8,181 bases of DNA from Candidatus Diapherotrites archaeon CG08_land_8_20_14_0_20_30_16 (GTDB taxonomy: Archaea; Iainarchaeota; Iainarchaeia; Iainarchaeales; 0-14-0-20-30-16), in NCBI GenBank assembly GCA_002779075.1, contig PEXK01000033.1:1-8181 (forward strand). The letters are read 5' to 3'. Positions 1 to 6,486 of this stretch are shown here, piece by piece (the first letter of the stretch is position 1; each line of letters begins with the position of its first letter). The translations under genes were made by a program, and so were the position numbers. The notes beneath the pieces were generated by a model, which was not told where the DNA came from, made no database searches, and was given only the letters and a program-made list of their open reading frames with translations.

Positions 1-3000
1 TTTAATTTTGTTTATTATGATGAAAATGGAACAGAGGTTGCGTTTGATGGTAATTTTGATGTAACATTGTTTGATTCCAACAATACTACAATAAATTCTT
101 TTGCAGTTACTGGCAACAATACAGTAACAATTGATGATTCAAATATTTCTGCAACAGGAAAATATTATTTATCAATTGGCGATGAAAACAAAGGGGGTTA
201 TAAGATTTTTACTTTTGATGTAAAATCTTTTGATTTAATTGCTTATGTTGTTGACAGTAGTGAAACTCAGAAATTTATGTATGATGCAACTGATGATTTG
301 AATTTAATAGTTTTTGCAATTTTAAATGATAATATGATAACCTTGAGTGGAGTTACATATACTATTGATAATAATAGTAATTCTATTTCTTCGATAACCA
401 AAAGAAATAGTGTAAATATCGGACCTTATTCTGCAGGCAAGCATAATGTGAAAGTAGACGCAAATTATTTGGGCGATATTCAAACTGTTTACTTTGATTT
501 TTTTGTAGGAAGTTATTCTGCAGAAGCATATTTGAAGAAAAACAGTAAATGGGGGGGCAAAGAGAAATTTGTTGGTGCATTTGCTCCAAGCTCACCTCTT
601 TTAATCTATTATAGAATAAAAAATACAAGCACAAATGCAACATTAACAGATATTAACACTAACGAAAAATGTACTAATTTACTTTCTGGAATAACTTATG
701 TTACAGAAGGATTTATTGCAAAAAAAACAGTAACTGGCTATACTGTAGATTATGATTCTATAGAAAGTGCCTGTAGTGTAGCTTTTAATACTCCTGCCAA
801 TAGTGGGGATTATAAATATAATATAGATATAAATAACAATTATAATGAATATACTGCTTTTGTTGAAGATCCTGTTATCAAATTAACTGTACAGAAATAC
901 TTAATATTTATGAATCCTGTTTATCCAACTGCAAATGATTTAGCAAAAGCAGGCAAGTTTGTATTTTATGATGAAAACATTGGTTTCTTGGTATCTGTTA
1001 TAAATTTGACACCTAGTGGTGTTGATGATTTAAATGTATCGGGAATAAGTGCTATAACTTTGATTAGACAAGGGGTATCAAGTACAGTAACCTCTTATGA
1101 TTACAATTATTTGAATAGGCTATTAGTTGTAAATAAATCAGAAATTACAAATGGTGGAATGCTAGAATTAGAAGCAATTTTTGATACTAATTCTGTAGAT
1201 CAATCAACAATAGTTTCAAGAACACAGTTTAAGAAAAAAACATTTAAGATTACTGTTGATTTGAATAAAGAGAGCATGATGGAAGGTCCACCTTTTGTAT
1301 CTTCTGACGAAAATGTTGTTTTAGAAATTACTGCAAAAACAAGTTCTAATAGTTCTTTAGCTTATGCTACACTTTCTCTTTCAGCATTAAAAAGGTTTGA
1401 TGATTTAACTGATTTAAATGTTGATGAATTGAATGTAGATGATGGTCTTACGGATGATAGCGGTACAGGTTATTTGAATTTACTTACTTTGGATAATGGA
1501 ATTTATGAAGTAACAGTAAATGTGAATGATGGTCAATCAAGCGATAGTGCTACTGCAATGTTTATGGTTAAATCTTTTATGGCGGTTGCTCTTTCAATTG
1601 GAGATCATAATTTAGAAGAATTATATATCTTAAAAAACACAACGCCAAGACTTTGTGTGTTTGTATTTGGTGAGGGAAATAAACAAGCAGGAGGAAATGG
1701 TGAATTTATAGATATAAACCAGTACACAATTCCTACTGCAAATAATGGACACTTGAAATTGTTTTTGGAAACAAAAGATGGTAAACCACAATTAATTGAT
1801 GCTACTTTGAGCTCTGATAGTAATTGTTCTTGGTCAAGAGGTGAATTTACAGTATATGGAAGAAAGGTTACTTTGTCTAGAACTAATGAATTTCCTGCTG
1901 GTTGGTATCATATGTTATTTGATGTAAACAAAGGTGGAGTTATAGACTCAGCACAAGGTATGTTTGTTGTCAAAGATTTTAATGTAAGTATATGTAAATT
2001 AGGGGGACAGAGTTGTGGAGAATTAATTGATGATATGGGCCAAGGATTTGTTATATCGCCAGACACCAACTATCCATTTACAATGAAAAATAATTCTGGC
2101 CAAGAAGTAACTATGACTGTTGATATTATGGCTGACAAGAGCGGAGATTTAATCTTTGAAGATCTGAATTGGTATTATGATGGTAATTTGAAGGCGCCAA
2201 TACCTGCAACTGGTGGCAATAAAGATATTAATTTGGAAATCCCCAGTGATTTGGATTTAGGGGAATACAGATTGATTTTTGATGTAAACAATGGTGGCGC
2301 AGAGAATAGCGTGTTTGATAGATTTGCTGTTGCAAAGAGATTTTTATTAGTAATACCTGCAGGAATGGGAAACAGAGAAGCAAGGTACACTGATGATTGG
2401 AGAAATGGGGGATTTGATACAAATATAGAGGATATGGATTCCTTTGAACTAAGCCAATACTGTGATGGAACTTTAGATATTGGATTAATAACTTATGATC
2501 GATACATAAGCAGGAGTGATTTCAACAGGCTGATGTTAGTAGATTTAGATGAGCCAAGGATTTATATAGATTTGAACAGAGACTGTAATTTTGTAAATGA
2601 TTTACAAGATGGAAATGTAACTCCTCTTGATAAAAGAGTTTTGTCAGATATTACAGTGGATGAAAATAATCCAGTTATTACAAATGTAGGAGTAACAGGA
2701 ATAAGGTATATAGTAGTCCCTAAGGATATGGCATATGAAGAGATGATGCATAATAATTGGTTGGGTGACTTTGATGTTGACAGAAATACTTATTTGCCTT
2801 TAGGAGTATTGAATTTAGATGAAGAACCAATAGAAGGTGTTCAGGTTGCTGTTGGAGAGGTTTACAAGATAGATTTTATGAACAAGAGTATGGATATTTT
2901 GACTGAGGGCACAGATTACAATGTGTATATTGATTCAAATACTGATGTAAATGGAATTGTATTAATAAAATTTATAACAAATACAATTGGAGAATACCAA

Positions 3001-4491
3001 ATTACACTTTCTTTGTCTGAAGATGGTAAAACAGAGGAATTAATGCCTTGGGAAGGACCTGGTTTCTCAATGAAGAAATTTGATATAGAATATGGAATAA
3101 TAGGTTTAGACAGATGGAATGGTGCTGAAATTAATGTTGATGTAAATGAAAATGCTGATGGAAATATTATTAACTGGAGTGGGAACCCTTTTGTAGGAGT
3201 AATTAATGAAGCCGATTTGAATATAGATGTAGATAGAGATGGCAATAAAACAAAAATATATTATATAGTATTTGAAGGTGGCTCTACATATAAGATAGAT
3301 GATGATACCAACTTTTATGGTGGCTCTGGCGAAGATGGAATGAGATTGTCAGGTTTAAAATCTGATTGGCCAACTTGTTTAGGAGATTATAATGAGAGCC
3401 AAAGAGAAAATGATTGTAGCACTGGTAGTATAATAATGGATCCAGACACAGTTACTTATGATAAAGAATTGGATTTAATGGTTGCTAGAAATGGTGATTT
3501 CCAAGATGTAAATTCAAATGATAACAATAAGCCTTTAAAATGGAGTATATCTCTTGAGTCTCAGTACATTGCTTTAAGTGATGGTAATGGTGGCAGTGGT
3601 TATGGTGCAAAGTTTGATATAAACAATACTTCTGCAAGTATATCTACAAATGAGCCTGTTTATGGATTGATAGATGATGATGATAATTATCATTTCAGTT
3701 TCTGTGCAAAAATGGATGGCAATGCAGATGAACCTGTTGATGTTAATGTTTCTTTCTTTGTGTGGGATGTTGCAAATGCAGATTTCATATACAATTTTAC
3801 TTCGAACCTATGGGAACAAAAAGATTGGAACAACGAAGAACAAGATGCAGCATTTGATGATTCCAATTATTCCAAAGTTTATGTTGTAGATTCTAATACT
3901 GACTGGAACTGTGATTATACATTTGATATGAATATGGGTAGTAGTTGGGGTACTATTGACCCAGAAACAAACATATTATTTAGGGCAGGTCCTGTTTTAG
4001 ATCACAATGTAATGCTGGATGATGTTTCATTGGATGGCAACTTCACTGCTTCAACCTTAACAGTCTATAATAAATGGTCGCATAGGTTTTTGCCTGCAAA
4101 TATGGGTGTTGAAGGTCAACATAGTAACGATAGGCGTATATGGGTGGATGCAAACACTGTTGATGTAAATGTAATGCTTGAAACAAAAATAAAAAACAGA
4201 GATTTGACTGAATTGAATGCAAGCGATATGAATGTAAGTGCAAAGTTGATCAGAGAAACTGATTGCACAGAAGAAATGATGGGTATGAAACAATATATAG
4301 GGAGTTATAATGCTGACAAGAACTTTGGTGACAATTTGTTTGGATTAAACTTTGGAGATATGAGTTTGCAGACAACAGGACGATGTACGAAATATAATCT
4401 AAGGATAGATATTTCTGCATTAATAGATGGACTAACTTATAGAGATACGATGTGGGATCAATTCTTTGTAAGGGATTTGAGTAAGGAGTAA
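1..4491 (+). CDS. Giant secreted/cell-surface multi-domain protein, 5'-partial (1496 codons visible). Contains tandem beta-sandwich-like modules, a transthyretin-like segment and a C-terminal CBM/jelly-roll-like domain. No C-terminal anchor.
   Basis: Frame 1 has no stop from base 1 to the TAA at 4489-4491. Translating bases 1-66 by hand gives FNFVYYDENGTEVAFDGNFDVT with no stop, so the TTG at 67 is not a real start. Composition is N/D/S/T-rich, with about 25-30 N-x-S/T sequons counted by eye. The repeated module-terminal motif is listed separately. There is no hydrophobic C-terminus; the protein ends FFVRDLSKE. Confidence 0.9.
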   Translation, partial: FNFVYYDENGTEVAFDGNFDVTLFDSNNTTINSFAVTGNNTVTIDDSNISATGKYYLSIGDENKGGYKIFTFDVKSFDLIAYVVDSSETQKFMYDATDDLNLIVFAILNDNMITLSGVTYTIDNNSNSISSITKRNSVNIGPYSAGKHNVKVDANYLGDIQTVYFDFFVGSYSAEAYLKKNSKWGGKEKFVGAFAPSSPLLIYYRIKNTSTNATLTDINTNEKCTNLLSGITYVTEGFIAKKTVTGYTVDYDSIESACSVAFNTPANSGDYKYNIDINNNYNEYTAFVEDPVIKLTVQKYLIFMNPVYPTANDLAKAGKFVFYDENIGFLVSVINLTPSGVDDLNVSGISAITLIRQGVSSTVTSYDYNYLNRLLVVNKSEITNGGMLELEAIFDTNSVDQSTIVSRTQFKKKTFKITVDLNKESMMEGPPFVSSDENVVLEITAKTSSNSSLAYATLSLSALKRFDDLTDLNVDELNVDDGLTDDSGTGYLNLLTLDNGIYEVTVNVNDGQSSDSATAMFMVKSFMAVALSIGDHNLEELYILKNTTPRLCVFVFGEGNKQAGGNGEFIDINQYTIPTANNGHLKLFLETKDGKPQLIDATLSSDSNCSWSRGEFTVYGRKVTLSRTNEFPAGWYHMLFDVNKGGVIDSAQGMFVVKDFNVSICKLGGQSCGELIDDMGQGFVISPDTNYPFTMKNNSGQEVTMTVDIMADKSGDLIFEDLNWYYDGNLKAPIPATGGNKDINLEIPSDLDLGEYRLIFDVNNGGAENSVFDRFAVAKRFLLVIPAGMGNREARYTDDWRNGGFDTNIEDMDSFELSQYCDGTLDIGLITYDRYISRSDFNRLMLVDLDEPRIYIDLNRDCNFVNDLQDGNVTPLDKRVLSDITVDENNPVITNVGVTGIRYIVVPKDMAYEEMMHNNWLGDFDVDRNTYLPLGVLNLDEEPIEGVQVAVGEVYKIDFMNKSMDILTEGTDYNVYIDSNTDVNGIVLIKFITNTIGEYQITLSLSEDGKTEELMPWEGPGFSMKKFDIEYGIIGLDRWNGAEINVDVNENADGNIINWSGNPFVGVINEADLNIDVDRDGNKTKIYYIVFEGGSTYKIDDDTNFYGGSGEDGMRLSGLKSDWPTCLGDYNESQRENDCSTGSIIMDPDTVTYDKELDLMVARNGDFQDVNSNDNNKPLKWSISLESQYIALSDGNGGSGYGAKFDINNTSASISTNEPVYGLIDDDDNYHFSFCAKMDGNADEPVDVNVSFFVWDVANADFIYNFTSNLWEQKDWNNEEQDAAFDDSNYSKVYVVDSNTDWNCDYTFDMNMGSSWGTIDPETNILFRAGPVLDHNVMLDDVSLDGNFTASTLTVYNKWSHRFLPANMGVEGQHSNDRRIWVDANTVDVNVMLETKIKNRDLTELNASDMNVSAKLIRETDCTEEMMGMKQYIGSYNADKNFGDNLFGLNFGDMSLQTTGRCTKYNLRIDISALIDGLTYRDTMWDQFFVRDLSKE
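157..3081 (+). repeat. Protein-level tandem modules (about 95-135 aa each) inside the giant CDS. Each ends in the signature G-x-Y-x-h-x-h-D-h-N-x-G-G...F-x-V-K-x-F/Y.
   Basis: Motif instances read from the translation:
- 157-231: GKYYLSIGDENKGGYKIFTFDVKSF
- 436-516: GKHNVKVDANYLGDIQTVYFDFFVGSY
- 805-900: GDYKYNIDINNN..VIKLTVQKY
- 1153-1245: GGMLELEAIFDTN..FKKKTF
- 1498-1578: GIYEVTVNVNDGQSSDSATAMFMVKSF
- 1900-1980: GWYHMLFDVNKGGVIDSAQGMFVVKDF
- 2260-2343: GEYRLIFDVNNGGAENSVFDRFAVAKRF
- 2989-3081: GEYQITLSLSEDGK..GFSMKKF
Two instances also share near-identical DNA: tttgatgtaaacaaaggtgg at ~1918 and tttgatgtaaacaatggtgg at ~2278. Confidence 0.65.
2818..3021 (+). other. Possible transthyretin/CarboxypepD_reg-like (Cna-B-like) beta-sandwich segment within the giant CDS
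   Basis: The pattern PIEGVQVAVGEVYKI...TDVNGIVLIKF...IGEYQITLSL resembles the family hallmark P-h-x-G-A-x-V-x-h ... T-D-x-x-G-x-h-x-h ... G-x-Y-x-h-x-h-S. This is recognition by eye only. Confidence 0.35.
3484..4035 (+). other. Probable carbohydrate-binding-module / galactose-binding-like jelly-roll domain (CBM4_9-like) near the C-terminus of the giant CDS
   Basis: Segment ...WSISLESQYIALSDGNGGSGYGAKFDI...DDNYHFSFCAKMDGNADEPVDVNVSFFVWD...WNCDYTFDM...ETNILFRAGPVLDHNVMLDDVSLDG. The 'Y-x-h-S-F-x-A-K' strand and the terminal 'h-h-h-D-D-V-S-L' strand are characteristic of CBM4_9/CBM22-type jelly rolls. No HMM search was run. Confidence 0.45.
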
Positions 4492-4500
4492 GGGGTGGTC
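4483..4500 (+). promoter_or_regulatory. Shine-Dalgarno region for the downstream PGF-pre-PGF gene, overlapping the stop codon of the giant CDS
   Basis: AAGGAGTAAGGGGTGGTC. AAGGAG and GGGGTGGTC both approximate AGGAGGTGATC, the complement of the 16S 3' tail. The site ends 4 nt before the ATG at 4505. Confidence 0.6.
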
Positions 4501-4504
4501 ATTG

Positions 4505-5965
4505 ATGAATAACATAAAGGTATTTGGTTTGATTTTCTTAGCAATATTGACAGTTTCTTTTGGGTTCTGTGCTAATTTGTCAGTATCTCTGTCTCTGAGT
4601 AGTTCAAGTATTGCAGAAGGAAGTTCAACAACATTAACTGCAAGCATTTCTGGAAATGATACTGGTGTTACTGCTTCTTTGAGTGGTGATGGTATTGGTA
4701 CTACCTTAATTACAAGTCCTGCTTCTTCTGGAGGAGTTTCAACCCAAACTGTAGGTACTGTTACAACATCAACATCTAAAAGTTGGATAATTACTGGCAA
4801 TACTGCAGACACATATAATCTTCAAGTTGCAGTAAGTGGTGATGGTGCAAATACTTCAGGAACTATTGTTTTAACAGTGAACACACCAGCAAATGTTACT
4901 TTAGAATCTTCTACTTGCGATTCTGATTCTAATTTGAGTGATGATGAAGTATTTAGTGTAACTTATGCTTTGAAGAATACAGGAGGAACAAGCGCCAGCA
5001 TATTAAATAGTGCAAGCTATGGTGCAGGTGATTTTACTGAAAGTGCTCCTGCTTTGACTTCAGGATATTTGGATTTAAGTTCAAGTCAAACGAAAACTGT
5101 TACATGGAGCTTTACAGCTATAGCAACAACAAGTGAACAAACAGGAGAGTTAACTATTGATTTGAGTGGTGCAAACTTGTCAGAAACAATAGATTGTGGT
5201 TCTTACACAATTGCTGTAACTGAAGAAAAACCAAAGGGCCCTGATGGTCGTCCTGGTGGCGGAGGACCGGGCACAACAACAGAAGTTACTAAAACAATTG
5301 CAATTGATGAACAAAACAAGAAACTAGGTAAAGCAACATTTTCCAATTCTGATAATGATGGTGTTGACAGTGTTGCAATAAACTTTATAGAAGATATGAC
5401 TGGCACTATAACATTAAAGATGAATACCAGTCCAAGTTTGACAGTATCAACCTTTAAAGTAATTTCTGATCAAAATGTTTTGAATTATTTAACATTTACA
5501 TACAGCGGTGATGCATCAAAAATAAAAGATGTTAATGTAAAATTCTCATTGCCGAAAACAAAAGTAACAGATAAAACTGCAATCAGATTAGCAAGATATA
5601 ATAATAGTGTTTGGACATATTATACTCCTATTGTTGAAGACAAAGGCACATACTATTCTTTTACTGTGGCAGTTCCGGGTTTCTCATATTTTGCAATTGT
5701 TAAATATGCAGGAGCGGGTGTAACAGCAAAAGAAGAGGAAAAGAAAGTAACTGAGGATGAAAAGACTACTGGGGAAGGAGAAGAAGTAACTGGAGCTGAA
5801 GAAGGAACAAAAACAACAGAAGGAACAAAGGGAACAACAGAAACTGAAGAAACAAGTTATTTGTCAATAATTGTTTTGGTTGCACTTGTTGTTATTGTTT
5901 TAGTAATCTTGGTTTATTTCTTTAGAGGCGATAAGAAAACAGTTCCTAAGTTTACACATAAATAA
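4505..5965 (+). CDS. PGF-pre-PGF domain-containing cell-surface protein. Layout: signal peptide, S/T-rich Ig-like domain, CARDB-like domain, P/G hinge, PGF-pre-PGF domain, acidic Thr-rich linker, C-terminal TM anchor.
   Basis: The ATG at 4505 is preferred over the adjacent TTG at 4502 used by the track.
- N-terminus MNNIKVFGLIFLAILTVSFGFCA has a basic n-region and hydrophobic core.
- ...FSVTYALKNTGGTSA...TKTVTWSFTA... is CARDB-like.
- Hinge: KPKGPDGRPGGGGPG.
- The domain ends ...IRLARYNNSVWTYYTPIVEDKGTYYSFTVAVPGFSYFAIV, matching the TIGR04213 hallmark (h-R-h..x-W..h.T....g.Y.a.tPGFS.FAh).
- Tail SYLSIIVLVALVVIVLVILVYFF-RGDKK.
Stop TAA at 5963-5965. Confidence 0.9.
   Translation: MNNIKVFGLIFLAILTVSFGFCANLSVSLSLSSSSIAEGSSTTLTASISGNDTGVTASLSGDGIGTTLITSPASSGGVSTQTVGTVTTSTSKSWIITGNTADTYNLQVAVSGDGANTSGTIVLTVNTPANVTLESSTCDSDSNLSDDEVFSVTYALKNTGGTSASILNSASYGAGDFTESAPALTSGYLDLSSSQTKTVTWSFTAIATTSEQTGELTIDLSGANLSETIDCGSYTIAVTEEKPKGPDGRPGGGGPGTTTEVTKTIAIDEQNKKLGKATFSNSDNDGVDSVAINFIEDMTGTITLKMNTSPSLTVSTFKVISDQNVLNYLTFTYSGDASKIKDVNVKFSLPKTKVTDKTAIRLARYNNSVWTYYTPIVEDKGTYYSFTVAVPGFSYFAIVKYAGAGVTAKEEEKKVTEDEKTTGEGEEVTGAEEGTKTTEGTKGTTETEETSYLSIIVLVALVVIVLVILVYFFRGDKKTVPKFTHK
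5285..5707 (+). other. PGF-pre-PGF domain (TIGR04213-like) within the CDS 4505..5965
   Basis: See the CDS evidence. The PGF tripeptide is encoded at 5675-5683 (ccg ggt ttc), followed by SYFAIV. Confidence 0.75.
5723..5962 (+). other. C-terminal tripartite anchor: E/T/K/G-rich linker (5723-5854), about 23-aa TM helix (5855-5923), basic tail (5924-5962)
   Basis: KEEEKKVTEDEKTTGEGEEVTGAEEGTKTTEGTKGTTETEETS / YLSIIVLVALVVIVLVILVYFF / RGDKKTVPKFTHK. The architecture resembles archaeosortase-type sorting signals, but no PGF motif sits directly at the helix start. Confidence 0.7.
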
Positions 5966-6049
5966 TCTGCACACTAGACACCTACACACTAAACAATATA
6001 ATTTTATGTGTTGTGAGGGTGTAAATAGGACAGTATATTTTATGTGCTG

Positions 6050-6081
6050 TTTCTTTTTTTCTTTTTATTTTAAATAAAAAA
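6050..6081. terminator. Bidirectional oligo-T termination region between the convergent surface-protein operon (+) and hepT (-)
   Basis: The + strand T-rich run tttcttttttt ctttttatttt (6050-6071) lies about 85 nt after the 5965 stop. An A6 run at 6076-6081 gives T6 on the - strand 4 nt after the hepT stop (6085-6087). Archaeal RNAP terminates at oligo-T tracts. Confidence 0.5.
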
Positions 6082-6084
6082 GGT

Positions 6085-6486
6085 TTAGTTTTTCAGATTT
6101 TGTTCAACAATTGAAATAAAATCAGTAACTGCTGGCAATAATTTTTGTATTTCTTCCAAGTCTTCTTTATTGATCATATGATATTCATGTGCAATTATAT
6201 TTCTGTACTGACTGAGTTTTTGTAAATCATCATTTAACTCTTTATTAATTAATTTATAATCGTAAAGAATGTTAAAGGTTTCTGCATAAGTGCTAGGGTA
6301 ACCTAATTTTCGCTTTGTAATAATGTAATCTGCAATATCTATAGCATAATTTACAATTTGGAATAACTGCATAGGTATTGCATATTTTTGATCATCTGTT
6401 GTTTGATCCTTTTTTGCATTTAACCTATTGAAATTATTATAATGTTCTTGAAGTTTTGTTACCTTTGATTCAAATTCTATGTCCAT
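6085..6486 (-). CDS. hepT: HepT toxin (DUF86 / HEPN-domain RNase) of a type VII MntA-HepT toxin-antitoxin pair
   Basis: 133 aa, predicted all-helical. The canonical HEPN R-x4-H motif RNIIAH is encoded at 6187-6204 (- strand: AGA AAT ATA ATT GCA CAT), flanked by Tyr residues (QY-RNIIAH-EY). It lies directly downstream of, and overlaps, a minimal nucleotidyltransferase gene. Confidence 0.9.
   Translation of the reverse strand: MDIEFESKVTKLQEHYNNFNRLNAKKDQTTDDQKYAIPMQLFQIVNYAIDIADYIITKRKLGYPSTYAETFNILYDYKLINKELNDDLQKLSQYRNIIAHEYHMINKEDLEEIQKLLPAVTDFISIVEQNLKN

Noticed and set aside
67-69. TTG at 67 given by the ORF track as the start of the giant ORF
   Set aside because: The same frame is open from base 1 (FNFVYYDENGTEVAFDGNFDVT precedes it), and the upstream residues continue the same module style. 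There is no SD. The gene almost certainly starts upstream of the window.
720-727. A8 (720-727) and A7 (~1234-1240) homopolymers in the giant CDS as phase-variation tracts
   Set aside because: Poly-A/T runs of this length are expected by composition in such AT-rich DNA (Lys AAA codons). Only the G7 tract stands out against the background.
383-4293. Track ORFs inside the giant CDS. Minus strand: 383-643, 2175-2390, 2228-2422, 2916-3245, 4043-4243, 4057-4293. Plus strand, out of frame: 3674-3889.
   Set aside because: All are short and fully nested in a long, strongly supported CDS. Their translations are low-complexity or Leu/Phe/Ser-rich, typical of antisense or off-frame shadows in AT-rich DNA. 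None has an RBS or a recognisable motif.
4502-4504. TTG at 4502 as the start of the PGF-pre-PGF gene (track: MMNNIK...)
   Set aside because: An ATG follows immediately at 4505 with better spacing to the SD (GGGGTGGTC ends at 4500). The difference is one codon, so the ATG is preferred.
4432-4812. 126-aa minus-strand ORF spanning the junction between the giant CDS and the PGF-pre-PGF gene
   Set aside because: It is antisense to the S/T/G-rich 5' part of ORF2, where stop codons are depleted on the opposite strand by composition. It would run across the SD and start region of a well-supported gene. It has no domain signature.
5203-5406. 67-aa minus-strand ORF containing a PGPPPPGRPSGP stretch
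   Set aside because: It is the mirror image of the GC-rich P/G hinge (KPKGPDGRPGGGGPG) of ORF2, making it an antisense artefact.
5855-5962. Calling the ORF2 C-terminus a bona fide PGF-CTERM archaeosortase signal
   Set aside because: The defining P-G-F tripeptide at the start of the TM helix is absent (T-S-Y-L-S instead). Only the overall tripartite architecture matches, so it is reported as a possible variant or plain anchor instead.
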